A DNA stretch of 64,000 bases from a virus. Of the stretch, positions 58,100 to 64,000 are shown in pieces. The translations under genes and the position numbers were made by a program. Under the pieces are notes generated by a model that worked only from the letters and a program-made list of their open reading frames with translations, ran no database searches and had not been told where the DNA came from. The stretch lies in IMG/VR virus record IMGVR_UViG_3300046782_000129, positions 1 through 64,000 of that record; one strand, given 5' to 3'. Each line of letters begins with the position of its first letter. Positions within the stretch are counted from its first letter, which is position 1.

Positions 58100-59185
58100 A
58101 TGAACACACGCATGGTTGCGGCGATGCGCCGTGCTATGGAACCGGGTCCCGGTCCGGGGCCGGGTCCGGGACCCCTGCCTCCGGTGATTCCTCCCACCGA
58201 TCAGTCGATGATACGAGCGAACTTCTGTGGTCATCGGGACCACGTGGGACGCATCGTCTTTGACCCGGCGTACTTCTGCGCGAATGAAGTGACGCCAGAG
58301 GATCGCAAGCAGACCTACGCCATCAAGAAGCGGATGGGTCTGAACGCCATCGTGCTCCAGACTCCTGATGGACACGTGTATCCGGGGTACAAGGGCTTCT
58401 CGATCCCTGACTGGCGTCAGCGCATGGACCTGATGAAGGCGTTGGTCGATGAGGTGATCGCCCATGGGTTCCTGCCGTTGGTGTTCCTGACGACCGGCAA
58501 CAACGTGGACGACCTTGGCCTGTACGATGGAGAGCTACGCCGAAAGACCAGAGTCTTCGCAGGCTACGGCAAGGCCGCATGGTTCTCAGGTGGCTGGGAG
58601 ATGACCGGGAGTCAAAACCCGACCATCAGCACGAAGCAGGTCAACGAAATGCTCAAGATCATGCACGAGGAGTTGGGTGACGGTGCCCTGCTGTTTGTGC
58701 ATGGAGCGGACTGGGAGCGGTGTACTGCTGCGAGTTATCGAGGCAGTAATCCGGACATCCAACCCCCCGGTTGTATTTGGGTGAACGATACGTGGGTGGA
58801 AGCCGATGATCCCTCGCAGGGTGGAGAAATCGACTGGTGGTACACGCCAGAAGCTCTGTGGTGCAAGGCGTGGTTCTGGCAGTCACGACACGGTGGAGCC
58901 GGTCCCAGTTACAACGATGACACTGAGTTGAAAGCGTGGCGGGGTCGTGCAATTGAGTGCCAAATCCGGTTCTTGGAGCCGGGAATGCGTCCACCACCGA
59001 TGGTGGCGTACGAACACGGTGCTCCAGATTGGATGGGGTCACGACACGGCAATCGCCCGATCTTCGTGGTGTTTGAACTCTCTCCATACGAATACATCCG
59101 AGAGTGGTGTGATGAAGCTCGGGTGCAATACGTGGCCAAGCTCCTGCACGATGACGGGTTCTTGCATCTGGGTAGCGGCACATGA
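58100..59185 (+). CDS. Hypothetical protein, possible TIM-barrel glycoside hydrolase
   Basis: Alternating beta/alpha pattern; GGWEM and VVFE as candidate catalytic Glu pair. Confidence 0.5.
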   Translation: MNTRMVAAMRRAMEPGPGPGPGPGPLPPVIPPTDQSMIRANFCGHRDHVGRIVFDPAYFCANEVTPEDRKQTYAIKKRMGLNAIVLQTPDGHVYPGYKGFSIPDWRQRMDLMKALVDEVIAHGFLPLVFLTTGNNVDDLGLYDGELRRKTRVFAGYGKAAWFSGGWEMTGSQNPTISTKQVNEMLKIMHEELGDGALLFVHGADWERCTAASYRGSNPDIQPPGCIWVNDTWVEADDPSQGGEIDWWYTPEALWCKAWFWQSRHGGAGPSYNDDTELKAWRGRAIECQIRFLEPGMRPPPMVAYEHGAPDWMGSRHGNRPIFVVFELSPYEYIREWCDEARVQYVAKLLHDDGFLHLGSGT

Positions 59186-59277
59186 CTGCTGCTGATGTGC
59201 TGATCCCAATTGCGGTTGCGCTGGTGGCGGCGTTAGTCGGTGGTGCTATTGGTTGGTGGTTTGGTCGGAGACGTTGA
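59182..59277 (+). CDS. Small single-pass membrane protein (31 aa)
   Basis: ATGA overlap; hydrophobic helix followed by RRR. Confidence 0.45.
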   Translation: MTAADVLIPIAVALVAALVGGAIGWWFGRRR

Positions 59278-59380
59278 TAATGAAGCGCGACACGTTCTGG
59301 GCGACCGTGCTGTGGCCGTTCAACGTGTTGCGCGTCATTTGGAAGGCTCTAACTACTAGAAGGGACAAGACTTAGAGTCC

Positions 59381-59410
59381 TTGACAAATTAAAGCTGGGT
59401 GTGAGACACT
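59381..59410 (+). promoter_or_regulatory. sigma70-type promoter
   Basis: TTGACA-N18-GACACT; ATG 6 nt downstream, so likely leaderless. Confidence 0.5.
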
Positions 59411-59416
59411 AGGGTC

Positions 59417-59665
59417 ATGGATCGCACACTGACAGGCGAAGTGCTCTACAAAGAAGGCCAGTTTTTCGTGGTCAAGACGGATGGCCCGTCCCACCTGACC
59501 ACGATGCACATGACCCCCCGAGAGATGAAGGACGGCGACGTCGGAGACGTGGTGGAGTTGAAGTATTTCTCCACAAACACCTACGGGTTCTGGTACGTCA
59601 GCCGGGTGGTCGATAAGGGGCCGGTTAGCGATGAAGAACAGCTTCTGAGTAGGTATCTGCCCTGA
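59417..59665 (+). CDS. Small hypothetical protein
   Basis: Directly follows a promoter. Confidence 0.6.
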   Translation: MDRTLTGEVLYKEGQFFVVKTDGPSHLTTMHMTPREMKDGDVGDVVELKYFSTNTYGFWYVSRVVDKGPVSDEEQLLSRYLP

Positions 59666-59666
59666 T

Positions 59667-59696
59667 TTGACAAACTGCTAGGACCTGTGCGACAAT
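59667..59696 (+). promoter_or_regulatory. sigma70-type promoter
   Basis: TTGACA-N18-GACAAT with extended TG. Confidence 0.6.
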
Positions 59697-59725
59697 GGGT
59701 TCCTGCTCATGGAGGAGCGAAATTT

Positions 59726-59992
59726 ATGGCCCTGAACCGATACGACGCTGACAAGATGACCCTCCCCCTCTGCGACGACTTTGAAGACACGCCGATCTTC
59801 GTCTCGTGCGAGAAGTGCGAGAAGCCGGTGGAGTCAGAGACGGTGGAAACGGTGGAGCTTCTGACGGAGCGCAACCCCGACGTCTACGAGGATCAGGTGT
59901 GGTGCATGACGTGCCGGGAGCGGGCGGAGTATCTGAGCGATCCGTTCAACGAAGCGTACGAGCGGGCACGGGCGAGAGGCTGGGAAGACTGA
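59726..59992 (+). CDS. Small Cys-containing hypothetical protein
   Basis: GGAGGAG RBS; CEKC...CMTC. Confidence 0.65.
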   Translation: MALNRYDADKMTLPLCDDFEDTPIFVSCEKCEKPVESETVETVELLTERNPDVYEDQVWCMTCRERAEYLSDPFNEAYERARARGWED

Positions 59993-60219
59993 TGGGATGG
60001 ACAGCGATTGATCGGTATGGCCAGACGTGGTGTCTGGTCCGAGTGCAGCGACAGGACGGCACGGAGTTCGCGGACATCGTGCCCGGACCCGATGACGACC
60101 TTGCTATCATGGGAGTGTTTGCATGGGCGTTGTTCCCCCTCGCCAAGGAAATTCTGTACAAGGGTCAGCCACTGGTGAACCCGGTGAAGCATCAGGACGA
60201 CGTGTCAAGCGGTGTCTGA
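59992..60219 (+). CDS. Small hypothetical protein
   Basis: TGATG coupling. Confidence 0.5.
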   Translation: MGWTAIDRYGQTWCLVRVQRQDGTEFADIVPGPDDDLAIMGVFAWALFPLAKEILYKGQPLVNPVKHQDDVSSGV

Positions 60220-60660
60220 TTTGTGGGAAGACATTGGAGCAGCACGACCGGGTGGATCTGCGGATCTGCCAGCGGAAAGCCGATGCCCTGAAGAACAAGG
60301 GAATGAAACGGGTGCGGCCAGAATCCGTGGAACGTCTCCTGATGGTGGAGCGTGAGGCCGAGGAGCGGGGATTTCAGCGGGGTCGGGAGGCCAGTCGAGC
60401 CATGGTGTTGAAGTGGGGCATCAAGCATGACTCGTTTCCCCATCCTAACGAGCGACCGCACTACCGCTGTCAGGAGTGCGCGGTGTCATGGTCAGGAGCG
60501 AGAGATGCCCACCCCCCTAGCGAAGGGTGTGCGGTGCAGCAGGCTCTTGCTAAGGTGGATGTCAGGTCATGAGGCAACGAGAGTGGATGACGTTGATTCT
60601 TCTCGTGGTGGTGCTTACATGGTTTATTGCGAAAGCCATCGCATGGTGGTGGGGGTATCG

Positions 60661-60891
60661 ATGAAGTATCTGGATCGGTTGGAAAAAGACAATGCGTATC
60701 GGGTGGCCGTGGAATTCGGCCAGCAGCAAGGTCAAGAAGACCCGGCGTCAGATGCCGTGGCTTTCTGGTCGGCATGGAGAGCGGCAAGGAACGCAGCAGC
60801 CGCCCTGTTGAACAAGGCGGAGGAACTGAACCTGACGCCTGAGCAGATGGAGGCCCTGACCCGTGTCGCGGAAAAAGTCGCCTACGACTAG
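60661..60891 (+). CDS. Small hypothetical protein
   Basis: GGGGG RBS-like element; MKYLDRLEKD... Confidence 0.5.
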   Translation: MKYLDRLEKDNAYRVAVEFGQQQGQEDPASDAVAFWSAWRAARNAAAALLNKAEELNLTPEQMEALTRVAEKVAYD

Positions 60892-60999
60892 GCTGGAGCC
60901 GTGGTGGTTGATCTGGCCCCCGATGATCTTGCTGGCGGGGGTGGTGCTCGGCGTGTTCTGGGGCGTGGTCGAAGACCTACCGTGGTTGTGGAGGCACTG

Positions 61000-61155
61000 A
61001 TGGCGAAGAAGCGGATTCATCCGATCACGGAGATGAACAACGAGTTCAGCAAGGCTATTTTTCTGGCCCCGTTCGGGTGCCTGTTCATTGGCCTGTTCTG
61101 GGGGCTGGTCTTCACGGTGCTGGGCTGGCTGGGGCTGATAACCGTCCACCACTGA
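61000..61155 (+). CDS. Small membrane protein
   Basis: GGAGG RBS; hydrophobic C-terminus. Confidence 0.55.
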   Translation: MAKKRIHPITEMNNEFSKAIFLAPFGCLFIGLFWGLVFTVLGWLGLITVHH

Positions 61156-61172
61156 GTGGCAATCAAGTGCAT

Positions 61173-61201
61173 TTGACAAACTAATCCTCCTGTGTCATAC
61201 T
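61173..61201 (+). promoter_or_regulatory. sigma70-type promoter with abutting palindrome
   Basis: TTGACA-N17-CATACT with extended TG; palindrome at 61158-61171. Confidence 0.75.
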
Positions 61202-61210
61202 GGTCTGGTC

Positions 61211-61546
61211 ATGGAGGATACATTGACTGTCAAACACGCCACTCCCGAGTTCAACGCCGCCCTCGATGCCTTCGTCGCGGCCACGCAAGCCAAAATCAAC
61301 GCGGACTTCGCCCACAATTACTCGCGGGTGACGCCCCCGGTCCTGACGGTGGAAGCCGGTCAGAAGAACGCCAAGATCGTCAAGACGGACAGCCAGCGGT
61401 CGGTGTTCTGCTTCGTCCGGATCGCGGACGGAGCCATCCTCAAGGCGGCAAGCTGGAAGGCTCCTGCCAAGCACGCCCGAGGGTCCATCTTCGTGAACGC
61501 CGGTCAAGACGCGGTGACCACCTTCGGCGCGAACTACCTGCGCTGA
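61211..61546 (+). CDS. Conserved-looking phage hypothetical protein
   Basis: RSVFCFV...GAILKAASWKAPAKHARG motif. Confidence 0.75.
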   Translation: MEDTLTVKHATPEFNAALDAFVAATQAKINADFAHNYSRVTPPVLTVEAGQKNAKIVKTDSQRSVFCFVRIADGAILKAASWKAPAKHARGSIFVNAGQDAVTTFGANYLR

Positions 61547-61594
61547 GCCTCAAAAAGGGCCAAATTCCCTAGCAAAAACAGGGGAATTTGGTCC

Positions 61595-61623
61595 TTGACA
61601 AACTGGGCTAGTGGTGTCATACT
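61595..61623 (+). promoter_or_regulatory. sigma70-type promoter preceded by a stem-loop
   Basis: TTGACA-N17-CATACT; CCAAATTCCC...GGGAATTTGG hairpin at 61560-61591. Confidence 0.75.
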
Positions 61624-61804
61624 GGGTGGGTAAGGTCATGGAGGATTCGATGGTAGCAACAATTCGCCCGGTCCACTTCGTCCCCGATGTTCGTCGGCCC
61701 TTCAAGACGGCGTGCCAAGCTGGGCGGCACACAAAGCGGTGGAGGTCGGTGGATACGACCACGGTGAAGGCCGCAGTGACGTGCAAAAAGTGCAGGAGGG
61801 TGGC

Positions 61805-61975
61805 ATGAAGGACATGGTACAGCATCACACTGACATCAAGAAGCAGGGCGTAAAGCCAACTACGTGGGTGGTCGTCTGCTCCTGCGGCTATCAGAGCCGT
61901 CCCTACGAACGCAAGCGGGACGCGGACAACGACGAAGGCGAACACGTTCGCCTGATGACCTACGTGAAGGATTGA
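61805..61975 (+). CDS. Small Cys/His protein
   Basis: GGAGGG RBS; H...CSCG...H. Confidence 0.5.
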   Translation: MKDMVQHHTDIKKQGVKPTTWVVVCSCGYQSRPYERKRDADNDEGEHVRLMTYVKD

Positions 61976-62234
61976 TCCAAGTGAGAAACTTCACGCACGA
62001 GCGGGACAAACGCTGCACAGAGACCGTGTTCAGACGGGGCCGGGACGGGCAGGGGTTCAAGCGGTGTGCATTCAGCACCCTGATGCACCTGTCCCCCCAG
62101 CGGTGTGGGCGTGTGGCCCCTGAGGGGCGGAGCAAGTGCTGGCAGCACGACCGGGAGCAGTCGAGGCGGCGGCGGCAGGCCCACGTCGAATTCCCTGACT
62201 CTAAACCCTTGAGAAATAAGGGGTTATAGACCAC

Positions 62235-62263
62235 TTGACAAATGGAGTGATTGGGCGTATACT
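62235..62263 (+). promoter_or_regulatory. sigma70-type promoter
   Basis: TTGACA-N17-TATACT. Confidence 0.8.
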
Positions 62264-62295
62264 TGTTCTGTAAGGTCATGGAGGACAACAAAGTT

Positions 62296-63150
62296 ATGGC
62301 ACACACACCCACGGTCCACAATCCGACGCACTTCGAACCCGCGCACTACGAGGTCGTAGACTATCTTGACAACAAGCGTCCCGCCTACTACGGGCAGGGC
62401 ATCGAAGCGTTCGAAGCCGAGATCAAGTTCTGGCAGGACGAGATGATCGCCACCTTCGGCGCGGACTACGCGAAGAAGATTCACCACTGCGTTCACTGCG
62501 GCAACGGTCGCGTGCGCTGGATCACGGCGACCAAGCACCTCCCCACGGGCGACGTGGTGGTCTTCGGGTCGGACTGCACGGCGCGTCTCGGGTTCCGCAA
62601 TCAGGTCGCCTTCAAGCTGGCGCAGCTTCAGGCGAAGGCGGAAGCCGGTCACAAGCGGATGAAGATTTGGGTCGCCCGCACGGCGTTCCTCGCGGCGAAT
62701 CCGGAGTTCGCGGCGGCGGTCGAGCAGGCGAAGAACGAAGTCCACGCGAAGAATACCTTCGTGGCCGACGTCATCAGCAAGCTGAACCTTTACGGAAGCC
62801 TCTCAGAGCGTCAGGTGGCGGCGGTCATCAAGTCCATCGCCCGTGACATCGAGATGGCGTCAGGCAAGGCGGCAGAGGCCACCGAGGTCAAGGGAGACGC
62901 CCCCACGGGTCGCCAGACGGTCACCGGGGTCATCCTGAGCATCAAGCAGGTCGAAGGCTACTACGGCTGGCAGTCGAAGATGCTCCTCAAGCTGGAGAAC
63001 AACGCCCGCGTGTGGCTGACGGTCCCCAGCAAGGCGGCGGTGGAGGTCAAGAACACCATCACGGTGACGGCCACCTTCGAAGTCAGCAAGGATGACAAGT
63101 CCTTCGCCTTCGGTAAGCGTCCGAGTCTGGTCAGCGTCAAGGCGGCGTGA
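62296..63150 (+). CDS. Hypothetical protein (Zn motif, possible C-terminal OB fold)
   Basis: CVHCG...GSDC, LSERQ, GRQTVTGVILSIK; strong codon bias. Confidence 0.75.
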   Translation: MAHTPTVHNPTHFEPAHYEVVDYLDNKRPAYYGQGIEAFEAEIKFWQDEMIATFGADYAKKIHHCVHCGNGRVRWITATKHLPTGDVVVFGSDCTARLGFRNQVAFKLAQLQAKAEAGHKRMKIWVARTAFLAANPEFAAAVEQAKNEVHAKNTFVADVISKLNLYGSLSERQVAAVIKSIARDIEMASGKAAEATEVKGDAPTGRQTVTGVILSIKQVEGYYGWQSKMLLKLENNARVWLTVPSKAAVEVKNTITVTATFEVSKDDKSFAFGKRPSLVSVKAA

Positions 63151-63172
63151 AATCGATTGCAGGGGGAGGGGG

Positions 63173-63202
63173 TTGACAAACTCCTCCCCCTCATGCGATA
63201 CT
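63173..63202 (+). promoter_or_regulatory. sigma70-type promoter with -35 inside an inverted repeat
   Basis: GGGGGAGGGG-TTGACAAA-CTCCTCCCCC; N18-GATACT. Confidence 0.7.
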
Positions 63203-63234
63203 GGGTGGGTAAGGTAGTCCCAAAGGAGTTGGGT

Positions 63235-63591
63235 ATGACAGACATGACGGTCGCAAAGACGATTCTGGAACAGCTTGGTGGGCGACGGTTCTCGGTGATG
63301 ACCGGAGCCAAGAACTTCATCGGCAGCGAAAACACTCTGTCCTTCCGTTTGCCCGGTAGCGGCTTCGCCAAGGATGGCATCAACGCTGTTCGGGTCACGC
63401 TCAATGGGCTGGATCTGTATGACGTGGAGTTCTCGCGGGTGCGTGGGGCCAAGGTCAAGGTCCTGCACACGGAGACGAACATCTACGGCGACAAGCTGGC
63501 GGAGGCGTTCCGTCTCTGCACGGGCCTGAACACGTCGCTGGGCACCATGGGTGGCGAGATGCGGCGGTTCAACAACCGCCACGAGGATTAA
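63235..63591 (+). CDS. Conserved-looking phage hypothetical protein
   Basis: TILEQLGG.RF..MTGAK...DLYDVEF...TGL.TSL. Confidence 0.78.
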   Translation: MTDMTVAKTILEQLGGRRFSVMTGAKNFIGSENTLSFRLPGSGFAKDGINAVRVTLNGLDLYDVEFSRVRGAKVKVLHTETNIYGDKLAEAFRLCTGLNTSLGTMGGEMRRFNNRHED

Positions 63592-63595
63592 GGCC

Positions 63596-63829
63596 ATGGC
63601 GTTCAAGATGCCGTGGGGGCGGGAAGAAACGGCGGAGCGGCTGGCCAGAGCCTTGATGTCCACTGGCGACAGCTACCGCAGGGGGTGCATGTCCAGACTC
63701 ACCTACCGGTCGCATATGGCATCCTTGTGGGGGCAGGCACGGGTGCATGGGGTGATGGCAGAAGTCGAGGCACAGGTGGACCCAGCGTTGGTGGGTCTCC
63801 GGCCACTCGGGGAGCAGAGGATCGCATGA
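63596..63829 (+). CDS. Small hypothetical protein
   Basis: GAGGA RBS. Confidence 0.5.
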   Translation: MAFKMPWGREETAERLARALMSTGDSYRRGCMSRLTYRSHMASLWGQARVHGVMAEVEAQVDPALVGLRPLGEQRIA

Positions 63830-64000
63830 AACCGCATCAGTGTTTTAGTCGTTCAGGATGGTGGCAGACGCTGTGTGGACTCGATGCCGCCAATCAAGGG
63901 TTCGGGTGGACGTCGGTGCCGGGTAACGTGGGTTGCATCGAGTGCAAAAAGCTGATTCAAAAGGGTGAGCACTTGAAGTGGACAGAGAAGCACATTCTTG

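Larger units (their letters stand above)
1422..63161. repeat. Dispersed 14-bp quasi-palindrome, core GCAMTCVRKTGC (e.g. TGCAATCGGTTGCA), about 20 copies
   Basis: Copies start at 1422, 5086, 6332, 8759, 12663, 13362, 21499, 29810, 32945, 33638, 36935, 40601, 45164, 46870, 49026, 51038, 55514, 58948, 61158 and 63148 (last has 1 mismatch). Confidence 0.85.

Noticed and set aside
189-63663. Many long minus-strand and alternate-frame ORFs (e.g. 9811-10677, 38778-39710, 44020-44937, 47298-48161, 62860-63663)
   Set aside because: They shadow well-supported + strand genes in GC-rich DNA and lack recognisable motifs.
169-63829. Stop-codon reassignment
   Set aside because: Conserved genes are full length under the standard bacterial code, and TAA, TAG and TGA all terminate genes.
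15423-63946. Near-matches to the palindrome (15423, 28893, 38934; one-base-shorter forms near 43289 and 63934)
   Set aside because: Mismatches or wrong spacing make them compatible with chance, so they were not counted.

Overview
This window is a 64-kb segment of a GC-rich tailed dsDNA phage genome with a long non-contractile tail. Nearly all genes are on the + strand. Gene order: major capsid and head-tail genes (0.2-3.5 kb); a glycosyltransferase/methyltransferase cluster inside the virion module (3.5-6.3 kb); tail tube, frameshifting chaperone, tape measure and a large tail-tip region with duplicated genes (6.4-28.8 kb); an atypical lysozyme-like gene and an AAA ATPase; a replication/recombination module (initiator, DnaC-like, DnaB-like, primase, SSB, SF2 helicase, RecA, Cas4-like, resolvases; 32.6-47.2 kb); a cold-shock protein; two PEP-CTERM surface proteins; terminase; and small genes each under a TTGACAAA sigma70-type promoter. 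I recognised no portal, integrase, DNA polymerase, tRNA or CRISPR array. The most notable signals are: (1) about 20 copies of a 14-bp quasi-palindrome (core GCAMTCVRKTGC) spread over the whole window, five just upstream of promoter -35 boxes; (2) an identical 56-bp, 10-bp-periodic element present twice in inverted orientation about 50 kb apart; (3) phage-encoded PEP-CTERM exosortase substrates; (4) a probable virion glycosylation locus; (5) a tandemly duplicated two-gene tail cassette. All family assignments come from motif recognition by eye, not database searches.
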